NCBI RefSeq assembly: GCF_018977255.1
Contig: NW_024705423.1
Span: 1-45,968 of the forward strand
DNA length: 45,968 nucleotides
Direction: 5' to 3'
Origin: Callorhinchus milii
Taxonomy: Eukaryota
Positions 34,561 to 45,968 of the stretch are shown here, piece after piece. How positions within the stretch are numbered: the stretch's first letter is position 1; each line of letters begins with the position of its first letter. The notes below the pieces were generated by a model, which did not search any database, was not told the origin of the DNA, and saw only the letters and a program-made list of their open reading frames with translations. The translations under genes and the position numbers were made by a program.

Positions 34561-35289
34561 GATAGGTCATTGCCCAAATAAGGCGCTATATCAGATGTAA
34601 GATTGTTATATATCAAGATGGAGGCGGTCAGGAGGCGCTTGCGGATCTTGAGACGCTTGGGGTTGGCTGTGGATCATCCAGACTCAAGCTGGGGCGTGGG
34701 GAGCCCTGGGGCTCAAGGTCGAGGTCTTCCATGGCCGGGGAGCCTGGAATGGAGTCGGAGACGGAGGCGACCTACCCGGGATCGGGGCCAAGGCTCCCAG
34801 AGCGAGGCTGGGACTCGACACCTCGGACAGGACCCTTGGCTCAAGGTCCAGTGGGATCTGGGACCCAGTCAGAGCCGGCCCTGGGGCAGCTCAGAGGTGA
34901 ATGGGACCCGTGGCGAGGCTGACTCGAGGTCTGAGGGCTTCCCTGCTAAGGAGTTTGACACCCTAAGCGGCGACAAGGCCCAGCGCGGGGCCCAGGGCGA
35001 TGCGGAAGGACTTGTGAGGGACCCATCGCCCCGGCCGGCCCGCACCGCCATTCCGGACTCTCTGAGGGCTCAGCCAATCAGCAACAGGCTGCCGCGTGAC
35101 CTCATCCCGCCCGCCTTATTTGAATCTCGAGGCCAGGACTCACTGGGAAATCATCAACCCCATCACCGCCCCCATCACTGCCCCCATCACTGCCCCCATC
35201 CCCACCCCTATCCCCACGCCTATCAGTGCGCCCATCACTGCCCCCATCCCCATCCCCACCCCCATCCCCTCACTGAGCCTCACCAGCCC

Positions 35290-37780
35290 AGCCCAGGGTC
35301 TAACCCTGGCTCGCTGAACGCTCCTGTCTGCTCCGAGTCTCACCGTGCTCACATTGGCTGCCGCAATTGACGCGAACTGTTCCCCAAGATGTTCCTGACC
35401 CCGTCCTCTTCCCTCCACTACTCCCACTCAACCCTCCTCTCCCTCCGCCTGCCCTGACTCCTATCCCTCCTCGACTCCCCCACGACCTCCCTCTGCTCCT
35501 CCCTTCACATTCTCCATCGTGCCCACCATGGTTGATGCCGTTGGCTGTCCTTCAGCAACCAACTTGACTGCCCCTTCCTCCACTCTCGCCGCAAGGCCCA
35601 TCACCCCTCAACCACTGCAGCCAACCTTTCCTCCCTACTCACATCCCCATCCAACCTGTCTGCCCACCCCCTCCCCACCCTCATCTCCCCCATACTCCCA
35701 CCATTAACTGTCCCCTCTGCATCGGTCTGCAGAACGTCCGCTCACTAACCAACAAGTCCATCACAATCCATGACCTCACCGTTGAGGAAAATATCGACAT
35801 CTTCGCCCTCACTGAAACCTGGGTCACCCCAGGCCACACCTTCCCACTAGTCAAGACCACATCTCCAGGTTACACCTTTCACCAAACCCCACGGCCTAAT
35901 CGCCGTGGCGATGGTGTGGCTCTCATCTCACGGTCTCCCCTCGGCCTTTCCCCTTATTCCTCCGGAAGCTTCCCGTCCTTTGAACACCTCACCCTCTACC
36001 ACCCCTCCAGGCTTTCCTTCAAAGTCCTCCTTGTTTACCGTCCCCCCAAGCCTTCCCCCACCTTCCGCTCGGACATCTCCACCCTCCTATCTTCCCTCTT
36101 CCTCTGCTCTGAACGCCTCCCAATCTTAGGAGACTTCAACCTCCACTTCACCCCTTTCTGCTCTACCTCTGCCGACTTCTCCTCCCTCCTCTCTTCCCTT
36201 AACCTCGCCCTCCTCATCCACTCCCCACCCATGATCGTGGCCACCCTCTTGACCTGGTGATCACCAGGGCCTCACGGTCTTGGATATCACCATCATTAAT
36301 AAAGCCATCACGGACCACCACTTTATCTCTCTCAACACCTCAGTACCCCTTCCCCTTTCCCATCCCTCCACCATCACATACCGACCATGGAAACAAATTT
36401 CCTCCCTCTCCCTTTCCCCTTATTCCTCTGGAAGCTTCCCGTCCTTTGAACACCTCACCCTCTACCACCCCTCCAGGCTTTCCTTTCCACTGACCGATCT
36501 CCCCTCTTCAGTCTCTTTTCTCCACAACTCCCTCTCCTCCATTCTGGACTCCCTTGCCTCCCCCCTCACCTCCCGAACTGCCTCATACTCCCGTAAAACC
36601 CCCTGGTATACCAGCCATCTCCGTTCCCTCAAGGCACAAGTGTGAGGTGCCGAACGCGCCTGGACCAAAGCCAAACTAATGGTCCATCGGCAGATTTGGC
36701 TTCACCATACCAAGACCTACCGCTGCGCTGTTGCTTCCGCCAAATCCTCCTTCTACTCCAAGGTAGAGCACCACCTGCTCCCTCAATCCCATCCACACCT
36801 CTCTCCTCGTCTCCCAGCTCCACCTTTGGCACCTCTCCTTTCCGATATCACCAACCTCTCCTTGTCCACCGGTTCAGTTCCCACCCCCCTAAAAACAGCC
36901 GTCATCACCCCCATCTTGAAAAAACCTTCCCTGGACCCATCCCTCCTCTCCAGCTCCCGCCCCATCTCTAACCTCCCATTCCTCTCCAAGGTCCTGGAAC
37001 GAGTACTCGCGTCCCAGCTCCGCTCCCTTCTCTCTCACCATTCCCTCTTTGAACCCCTCCAATCCGGCTTCTGCGCTGCCCACAGCACGGAAACAGCCCC
37101 CCTGGGGGTCACAGTCACTAATGACATTCTGAACATCTGTGATCAGGGCTCCCTCTGCCTCCTTGTCCTCCTCGACCTCTCTGCCGCCTTCGATGCTGTC
37201 GACCACTCCATCCTCATACACCGCCTCTCCGCTTTACTCAATCTTCACGGACCTGCCCTCGCCTGGTTCGATTATTATCTCTCCCATCGTCTCCACTTTG
37301 TTGCCTCTCACGCCCTGCTTGTCGGCCTTCCCAACGCCTCCCCCCACAGGCTGCAGATAATCCAGAACTCGGCAGCCCGTGTCCTCTCCCACACCAAACT
37401 CCCCCATTCTCGCCCGACTCCATTGGCTCCCTATCCTTCAGAGGATCCAGTTCAAGATCCTGGTCCTCACAAACAAAGCCCTCCACATCCCCGCCCCACC
37501 ATTAGCGGGAGAGCCTTCAGCCACTCTGCCCCCAACCTCTGGAATTCCATCCTCCAATCACTCTGCCTCGCCCCCTCCTTAGCCTCCTTCAAGTCCTGTC
37601 TCAAGACCTTCCTCTTCGACCATGCCATCGGCCACCCCCCTTCCCCTACCCTCCCTTCCCCCCCCCCACCCCACCCCGACCCCAGCTTGGGTCTGAAATG
37701 CTGTGCACTGTCCAGCACCTTGGGATGTTCTCCCGGTGTGAAAGGCGCTATACAAATGTAATCTTGTTGTTGTTGTTATT
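35290..37780 (+). mobile_element. Longest L2 copy: 5' region, APE endonuclease, partial RT and tail, internally deleted
   Basis: LQNVRSLTNK...IFALTETW (from 35727), LGDFN (36126-36140), RT N-half, (TTG)n tail. Confidence 0.9.
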
Positions 37781-38689
37781 ATAGTAGGTTCTGATTTTCT
37801 ATTCGTGTTGGATGTTACTGGTGTTGATGGTGTGGAAGCTTTACTTTGATCAACCGGTCGATCAAGGAAATGAACAGAATTGAATGTGCTTTAAACAACA
37901 ATGAAGAGTGTGTTATAGTGACGCACTCACAGGATGCCGGAGCCGACTGAGCAGTGACAGTGGGTGGGGTGGAGTGGGGATTGAATGTGATTACATGTTT
38001 CCTCTTGTAATTAACGCAATCTTTGTTCTAACCTACACGTGTCTCGCAGACTTGAGATTTCCTTAGGTTTGGTAAATTTATCACTATTAGTGAATCCCCC
38101 AGGAATATTCCCAATAGCTGAAATCACCAGGTGAACCGCCCTGATATAGACTTATCTCTGGATCTTGATCTTGATCAAAGGATCCGAGATATAGTAGAGG
38201 CTGAGGACAGGACAAGTGTGTCAGATGGCTGGAGGGAGCAAGTGTGATGATGCCCTCTTCATGAGAGAGACACAATATTTCATACTTTGTATTGATTAAT
38301 GGTCATCTCTTGGGTTTTATAGAGTAAGCAAGTTCTGGGATATTCCCCGCTCGCCCTGTTAGAGTGTGTTATAGTGACACACTCACAGGATGCTGGAGCC
38401 AGCTGAGCGGTGACAGCGGGTAGTGGAGTGGGAGGTAAACAAGTCAGAGAGGGAGGGAGATGCCAGGGCATGAAGAGATTTGAAAACGAGTGAGAGGGTC
38501 TTGAAATCGATCTGTTTAGTAATTGGGAGCCAGTGGAGCCTAGCGAGCACTGGGGTGCTGGAGGTACGGAGGTTAGTGTGTTGATAGTGAGCCAGTGGAA
38601 TCTGGCAAGGACTAGTGCGATGGGGGGTATACGGGCGTTACTGTGTGTGTTACAGTGAATTGCTTACATTCACAATGAACGTTACTGTA

Positions 38690-40102
38690 GTTGTCGTCGC
38701 GTCCCAGCTCCGCTCCCTTCTCTCTCACCATTCCCTCTTTGAACCCTCCAATCCGGCTTCTGCGCTGCCCACAGCACGGAAACAGCCCTGGGGGTCACAG
38801 TCACTAATGACATTCTGAACATCTGTGATCAGAGCTCCCTCTGCCTCCCTGTCCTCCTCGACCTCTCTGCCGCCTTCGACACTGTCGACCACTCCATCCT
38901 CATACACCGCCTCTCCGCTTTACTCAACCTTCGCGGACCTGCCCTCGCCTGGTTCGATTCCTATCTCTCTCACCGTCTCCACTTTGTTGCCTCTAACGGT
39001 TTCTCCTCCAGCCCCTGCACTGTCACGTCTGGCGTCCCCCAGGGCTCTGTCCTTGTCTCCTCTTTAATATCTACACGCTCCCCCTCGGGGACATCATCCG
39101 CAGACATGGGGTCAACTTCCACATGTGTGCGGATGACACCCAACTCTCTCTTTCTGCCCCACCCTCAGCCCCAGGACCACTGCTGTCCTGACAGACTGTC
39201 TGTCTGCCCCCACCCTCAGCCCCAGACCCACTGACAGACTGTCTGTCGGATATCAAGTCCTGGATGAGGGCAAATTTCCTACAGTTGAACGTGAACAAGA
39301 CTGAGGCCCTCCTGATTGTCTCCCCCCAGCGCCTCCGCACCTCAGGCTCTGGCAACATCAACCTCCATGGTGTACACTACAACTCACCGCCAGTCAGGAA
39401 CCGAGGTGTCTTGTTCACCCTCAACTGTCTTTTCTCCCCCACATCCAAGCCATGAACCCACTCTGCCTTCCCTCACCTCCATAACATCGCCCGACTCCGC
39501 CACTACCTCACCCCTCAGGCGCTGAAACTCTTGTTCATGCCTTCATCACCTCCAGACTCGACTATGCAAACGCCCTGCTTGTCGGCCTTCCCAACGCCAC
39601 CCTCCACAGCTGCAGATAATCCAGAACTAACTCTGCAGTCCGTGTCCTCTCCCGCACCAAACTCCGTGACCCCATTTCCCCCGACTCCTATGCTTCAGAG
39701 GATCCAGTTCAAGATCCTGGTCCTCACCTACAAAGCCCTCCATGGCTTCGCCCCACCCTACCTCTGCGACCTCCTAACCCTCTACCAACCCCCCCGCTCC
39801 CTCCGCTCAGCCGGCTCTGGCTGCTCCACGTCTCCCGACCCACCCGCCCCACCCGCGGGAGAGCCTTCAGCCACTCCGCCCCCAACCTCTGGAATTCCAT
39901 TCCCCAATCACCCCCCCCTTGCCCCCTCCTTAGCCTCCAGATCTTCCTCTTCGACCATGCCATCGGTCACCCCCCTTCCCCTCCCCTCCCTTCTCCCCCC
40001 TGACCCCAGCTCGGGTCTGATATGCTGTACTCCGTCCAGCGTCTTGGGACGTCCTCCCAATGTGAAATGCGCTTTACAAATGTAATCTTGTTGTTGTTGT
40101 TG
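38690..40102 (+). mobile_element. L2 RT-to-tail fragment (local duplicate of the previous copy)
   Basis: Shares private variants with 37007-37780. Confidence 0.9.
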
Positions 40103-40140
40103 TGTTATAGTGACACACTCAAACTGTGGTTGTGTTACAG

Positions 40141-40279
40141 TGAGCATGTTCTGGGGCTGACCAGGAGTTCAGGCCTACATGACCCTGGGAGTGTTCGTTG
40201 GCAGCTGGCTATCTGCCTGCTGTTTGCCTGGATCTTCATCTTCCTGATCTGCCTGCGAGGGATTCACAGCTCAGGCATA
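40141..40279 (+). CDS. SLC6A7-like exon: end of EL2 and TM4 (EHVLGLTRSSGLHDPGSVRWQLAICLLFAW...RGIHSSGI)
   Basis: TTACAG/GTGAGT, 139 nt. Confidence 0.95.
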
Positions 40280-40624
40280 GTGAGTCACCTTCCTCATCAC
40301 CATCATCATCACACACATCTGCCTCTGCAAGTGAACAGTACATCACTGTATATGTGCTCGTCCCTGACACGGCTGCGAGCAATTGGCTGCCGTGTTTCGC
40401 CCACAAAATATACAGTCACTACACTTTTCAGTGTATCCTGTGAAGCGCTTTGTATACCCTGTGAAACATCTAGAAGATGTGACAAGCGCTATATCAAATG
40501 CAAGCATTATTATCATTTATATTCTTAGAATCACAGAGGGTGACAGCACAGAAATACAACATTCAGCCACCCCGGGGACTCTCTCGACACGATTCTCCTC
40601 CAATCACTTATCTCTGTATTATAG

Positions 40625-40810
40625 TGGAGCCTGTAGCTCAGTGGTTAGAGCGCTCACCTCGCATGCAAGAGGACATGATTTGATTCCCGGGCAGGGCGAA
40701 TGTTGGGCAAGTTTCCTTATTCCACACTCCTCTGCTTACCAGCAGTAAGTAGGAACCCGGTTGTTAGTCGATTGGCGGATCGCTTTTCTGGGGGTAATAA
40801 TCCCTTAAAA
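40625..40810 (+). mobile_element. SINE 5' half abutting an L2 fragment
   Basis: tRNA head plus central block. Confidence 0.8.
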
Positions 40811-40814
40811 AAAA

Positions 40815-41585
40815 CACGCCTTTATCACCTCAAGGCTGGACTATGGAACGCTCTCCTCGTCGGCCTTCCCGGCCCTCCCTCCACACTGCAGGTCATTCAG
40901 AACTCTGCAGCTCCTGTACTGTCCCGCACCAGACACCGGACCCACATCACTCCCACCCTCGCCCTCATCCTCATCCTCGCCCTCACCCTCACCCTCACCC
41001 TCACCCTCGCCCTCACCCTCGCCCTCACCCTCGTCCTCACCCTCGCCCTCACCCTCATCCTCGCCCTCGCTCGCCTCCACTGGCTCCCCATCCCCCAGAG
41101 GATCGAATTCAAGATCCTCATCCTCACCTACAAGGCCATTCACTGCCTCGCTCCCTCCTACCTCTCCGACCTACTCTCCCCCCACGTACCTGCCCGTACC
41201 CTCCGTTCCTCTGGCTCCGGTCTGCTCCACATCCCCCGCCCCAACCGCCCGACCATCGGTGGCCTTCAGCCTCTCAGCCCCGAGGCTCTGGAACTTTATC
41301 CACCAGTGCCTTCGCCGCTTCCTCCCTTTCCTCCTTCAAGACCGGTCTCAAGACCTTTCTCTTTGACTGTACCTTCAGCTCCGCTCTCGACTCTCTACCC
41401 CCTCCTCGCTCCCTCCCTTCCCTCCCCTCACCCTGACCATCTCCCCCCTCCTCGCTCCCTCCCTTCCCTCCCCTCACCCTGACCATTTCCCCACTGCTCG
41501 GGTCCCGACCCAACTGTACAGTGCCTTGGGACGTCCTCCCGACGTGAAAGACGCTCTATAAATGGAATCTTGTTGTTGTTGTTGT
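40815..41585 (+). mobile_element. L2 3' fragment, close relative of 4155-4778, with hexamer expansion
   Basis: Long identical runs with copy 2770-4778; (CCCTCR)n at ~40955-41070. Confidence 0.9.
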
Positions 41586-41874
41586 GTGTGGAACCCTGCT
41601 GTGGGCAATTGGCTGCCACGTTTCACCCACAAAATATATTGTCACTACTCTTTACAATAAACTCTGTGAAGCCCCACCCAAAATTCACTCGGAAAACTGG
41701 GTCCTCTCGCTTCTGAGGCAAGTGCGCTAACCTCTACACTACAGGACCTTCTCCTTTAGAGGGGAGGGGGGAGTCCCTGGCCCTGAGCTGTCTGAGCAAA
41801 TGTATCTAGAAAAGCCTGTGATGCTGTGAAAACATTGAGGATGCTGTCCGTGCTCACCGCTGTGTGTGTTTCAG

Positions 41875-42009
41875 CTTGTGTATGTGACCTCGACCTTCCC
41901 CTACCTGGTGCTGATCGTGCTGATTATCCGCGGAGCCACACTGGAGGGCTCCCTAAAGGGGGTACAGTTTTACTTGACAGCCGACTGGAGCCGTCTGGGC
42001 AGTGCACAG
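41875..42009 (+). CDS. SLC6A7-like exon: TM5 (LVYVTSTFPYLVLIVLIIRGATLEGS...SAQ)
   Basis: TTTCAG/GTACAG, 135 nt, TFPY motif. Confidence 0.96.
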
Positions 42010-42989
42010 GTACAGAACACACTTGGACTGTCACCTTACCTACACGTACACCTGGACTGTGTTACCCTCCTGACACATCCTGCCTACATTGGGATAATTC
42101 CAGTTCCTGTGTATGTGAGGAGATGTGCATTTAGGTACCTGTATGTTTATGTGTGTATCCTGGAATCACACAAGGAGATGATTTGGCCCATTGAGTCTGA
42201 TTATTATTATTATTATTATTAGATGATAAGGCCCTAGCCCCACTGAATGTTAATTAATTCCCGTTCCTTTACCCTTTCACATTTACATAAGTTTATACAA
42301 CTGTACAGCACAGAAACAGGCCACTCGGCCCAACTAGTCCGTGCCTGTGTTTATGCACTGCTGTCTGTGGGACACTGCTGTGCGCAATTGGCTGCCGCGT
42401 TCTGTCCGCAAAATATACAGTCAATTACTGTAACAGTATATTCTGTGAAACAATTTGAGACATCTCAAGAATGTGATAAGGAGCTATGTCAAATGCAATG
42501 ATTATTATTATTATACGCCACACAAGTCTCCACCCACTCCCCCAATCCCTCTCAATTCTATTCCCTTCTCCCTTATGTTTATCTAGTTTTCTTTTAAATA
42601 CATCTACACAATCTGCTCAACCCCGCTTTAGGCAGCAACTTCCACAGACTCACTATCCTCCATGTGAAGTAATTCCTTCTAAATTCTCTTTGATATCCTC
42701 TCGTCACTGTCTTTTTCCTCTTCAGATGTTTCCCACAAAATACAGTCACTACACTTTACAGTATATTCTGTGAAGCGCTTTGAGACATCTCAAAGACGTG
42801 ATAAGGTGCTATATCAAATGCAACAATTATTATTATATATGTGGATCGTAGTCTGATTTTGATACTCTCAAGCCTGGTGACGGGTTTCCTGTGTGTGTCA
42901 CCAAAAAAAGACACATCAGATGCGTCCCCCTCAAAAACGTCGAGCAGATCATCGTCCAACCTTCTCAACTCTAGTTCATATTTACTGGT

Positions 42990-44105
42990 GCCTGTGTATA
43001 ATGACGACGCGTGTGTATAATGACGGCGCGTGTGTATAATGGCAGTGCGTGTGTATAATGACGGTGAGTGTGTATAATGCCGGTCGGTGCGTGTGTATAA
43101 TGACGGTGCGTGTGTATAATGCCGGTGCGTGTGTATAATGACGGTGAGTGTGTATAATGACGGTGGGTGTGTATAATGCCGGTGCGTGTGTATAATGACG
43201 GTGAGTGTGTATAATGACGGTGAGTGTGTATAATGACGGTGTGTGTGTATAATGACGGCGCGTGTGTATAATGACGGTGCCTGTGTATAATGACGGCGCG
43301 TGTGTATAATGACGGTGTGTGTGTATAATGACGGTGAGTGTGTATAATGACGGCGCGTGTGTATAATGACGGTGAGTGTGTATAATGACGGTGTGTGTGT
43401 ATAATGACGGTGAGTGTGTATAATGACGGCGCGTGTGTATAATGACGGTGAGTGTGTATAATGACGGTGCGTGTGTATAATGACGGTGAGTGTGTATAAT
43501 GACGGTGAGTGTGTATAATGACGGTGAGTGTGTATAATGACGGTGAGTGTGTATAATGACGGTGAGTGTGTATAATGACGGTGAGTGTGTATAATGCCGG
43601 TGAGTGTGTATAATGCCGGTGCGTGTGTATAATGACGGTGCGTGTGTATAATGATGGTGCGTGTGTATAATGACGGTGCGTGTGTATAATGACGGTGAGT
43701 GTGTATAATGATGGTGAGTGTGTATAATGCCGGTGAGTGTGTATAATGCCGGTGAGTGTGTATAATGACGGTGAGTGTGTATAATGCCGGTGAGTGTGTA
43801 TAATGACGGTGAGTGTGTATAATGACGGTGTGTGTGTATAATGATGGTGAGTGTGTATAATGCCGGTGAGTGTGTATAATGACGGTGAGTGTGTATAATG
43901 ACGGTGTGTGTATAATGGCAGTGCGTGTGTATAATGGCAGTGCCTGTGTATAATGACGGTGCGTGTGTATAATGACGGTGAGTGTGTATAATGACGGTGC
44001 GTGTGTATAATGACGGTGCGTGTGTATAATGACGGTGCGTGTGTATAATGACCGTGTGTGTATAATGACGGTGCGTGTGTATAATGACTGTGTATAATGA
44101 CGGTG
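42990..44105. repeat. 19-bp minisatellite (GACGGTGAGTGTGTATAAT), about 58 units
   Basis: Directly visible. Confidence 0.97.
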
Positions 44106-44129
44106 AACGGTGTTATCTTGTTGGTTTAG

Positions 44130-44233
44130 GTGTGGAATGATGCTGCCTCTCAGATCTTCTACTCCCTGGGGATTGGCTTTGGAGGGCTGCTGTCGATGGC
44201 TTCTTACAATAAGTTTGGGAACAATGTGGTCAG
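44130..44233 (+). CDS. SLC6A7-like exon: TM6 ([35 protein letters not shown]); gene continues right of window
   Basis: TTTAG/GTAATA, 104 nt; QIFYSLG and ASYN motifs. Confidence 0.96.
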
Positions 44234-44357
44234 GTAATAAACACATTAATCTGGGTACCGATCAGACTCGATCGGGCATAGGGTTAGAAAATCAGGAGTT
44301 AATTAATAAATGATCAGCTGCTAAAATGAGGAACGGGCCATTAAGTACATTTCGCTG

Positions 44358-44690
44358 CAGCTCAGTGGTGAGAGCACTCTCCTCGCAAGCGAGAGAACCC
44401 GGGTTTGACTCCCGGCAGATCAGGGCCAAACCTTGGGCAAGTTTCCTGATTCCGCACGGCTCTGTTTACCTTCCAGTAGGTAGGAACCCAGTTGTTAATC
44501 GATAGGCTTTCCAGGGATAATAATCCCTCCCACAAAAATGTGGTCACTCAATCTATGACCGCTTATGAGACACTGTTGTGTGCAGTCGGCTCCCATGTTT
44601 CATCCACAAAATACACATCAATTCACTTTACAGTATATTCTGTGAAGCGCTTTGAGACTTCTCAACAACATGATAAATAATAATTATAAT
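44358..44690 (+). mobile_element. Long-subfamily SINE
   Basis: Family homology. Confidence 0.82.
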
Positions 44691-44964
44691 TATTATAATT
44701 TGCCCACAACTGGTTAAACTCACAGGTTCACGTTTTTAGCTTTTTTCCTATTTTACAACGACAACAACTTGTAGGCCAGTGTCTTAGAGCACTTTACAGT
44801 GACACACAGCCTGACACCGAGCCAAGGGGAGAGGGAGGAGAAGGTGACAGTATGTGCAGTCAAAGAGGAAGGTCTTCAGGTGTGCTCCGAAAATGGAAAA
44901 GGAGGGGACAAGGCAGAGGGATTGAGGCAGAGAGTTCCACTGTGACGGTGTATGTGTTGGAACG

Positions 44965-45968
44965 CACTGTGTTGTGTTCTCAGTGACTGTGTGTGTGTGT
45001 GTATATGTGTGCTCAGTGGCTGTATGTGTGTGTGCTCAATGACTGTGTGTGTGTATATGTCTAGGGACACACTGTGTGTGCTCAGCGACTGTATGTGTGT
45101 GCAGGGAAACATTGTATGTGTGTGATCAGTGATTGTGTGTGTGGGGGGGGGGGCTCGCTGTGGGTGTGTGCTCAGTGACTGTGTGTGTGGGGGGGGGGGC
45201 GCTGTGGGTGTGTGCTCAGGGACTGTGTGTGTGTGTGGGGGGGGCTCGCTGTGGGTGTGTGCTCAGTGACTGTGTGTGTGTGGGGGGGGGTCGCTGTGGG
45301 TGTGTGCTCAGTGACTGTGTGTGTGGGGGGGGGTCGCTGTGGGTGTGTGCTCAGGGACTGTGTGTGTGGGGGGGGGCTCGCTGTGGGTGTGTGTTCAGTG
45401 ACTGTGTGTGTGGGGGGGGGGGCTCGCTGTGGGTGTGTGCTCAGTGACTGTGTGTGTGTGGGGGGGGGCTCGCTGTGGGTGTGTGCTCAGTGACTGTGTG
45501 TGGGGGGGGTCGCTGTGTGTCTGTGCTCAGTGACTGTGTGTGTGTGTGGGGGGGGGGGCTCGCTGTGGGTGTGTGCTCAGTGACTGTGTGTGTGTGGGGG
45601 GGGGGCTCGCTGTGGGTGTGTGCTCAGTGACTGTGTGTGTGTGGGGGGGCTCGCTGTGGGTGTGTGCTCAGTGACTGTGTGCGACCCCCCCCCCACACAC
45701 ACACAGTCACTGAGCACACACCCACAGCGAGCCCCCCCACCCACACACACAGTCACTGAGCACACACCCACAGCGAGCCCCCCCCCCACACACAGTCACT
45801 GAGCACACACCCACAGCGAGCCCCCCCCCACACACACAGTCACTGAGCACACACCCACAGCGACCCCCCCCACACACACAGTCACTGAGCACACACCCAC
45901 AGCGAGCCCCCCCCCACACACACACAGTCACTGAGCACACACCCACAGCGAGCCCCCCCCCACACAAC
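44965..45968. repeat. ~45-bp minisatellite with orientation switch at ~45681
   Basis: CTCAGTGACT(GT)n(G)nCTCGCTGTGGGTGTGTG units, then their reverse complement. Confidence 0.95.

Noticed and set aside
34603..35370. 255-aa ORF as a possible LINE ORF1 or nested gene
   Set aside because: Non-ATG start, no recognisable domain, runs through a short tandem repeat; expected by chance in GC-rich DNA
42990..44105. CRISPR-like array or repeated bacterial -10 box (TATAAT)
   Set aside because: Head-to-tail units without unique spacers, no cas genes, vertebrate intron context
42756..44246. 496-aa repetitive ORF on the minus strand
   Set aside because: Read-through of the 19-bp minisatellite, antisense to a real exon

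Overview
Eukaryotic, vertebrate genomic DNA, most likely a cartilaginous fish (possibly a chimaera). This is inferred from the repeat content: tRNA-Ala-derived SINEs with SacSINE1-like tails, Deu-domain SINE relics, and many L2 and CR1 LINE fragments. Two intron-containing genes sit head-to-head. (1) RRM1 (ribonucleotide reductase large subunit), minus strand: coding exons 1-12 (24229 down to 1754; 1320 nt = 440 codons), all GT-AG and frame-consistent; the gene continues past the left edge. (2) An SLC6 (NSS) transporter most like the proline transporter PROT/SLC6A7, plus strand: seven firm exons (29491-44233) plus a candidate first exon (26981-27064); it continues past the right edge. The remainder is mostly retroelement debris and simple or minisatellite repeats. 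I found no prokaryotic, viral or CRISPR system, and nearly all long ORFs in the track are repeat artefacts. Best leads: the divergent PROT-like paralogue (split short EL2 with a 50-nt exon, K-to-I at the conserved SGK motif); an E2F/MYB-motif island stranded in the repeat-filled RRM1 intron 1; inverted repeats around RRM1 exons; a minisatellite made of splice-donor consensus; an unclassified ~550-bp repeat family; several short locally templated insertions; and a strand-flipping minisatellite at the right end. All alignments were done by eye, so repeat boundaries are approximate.
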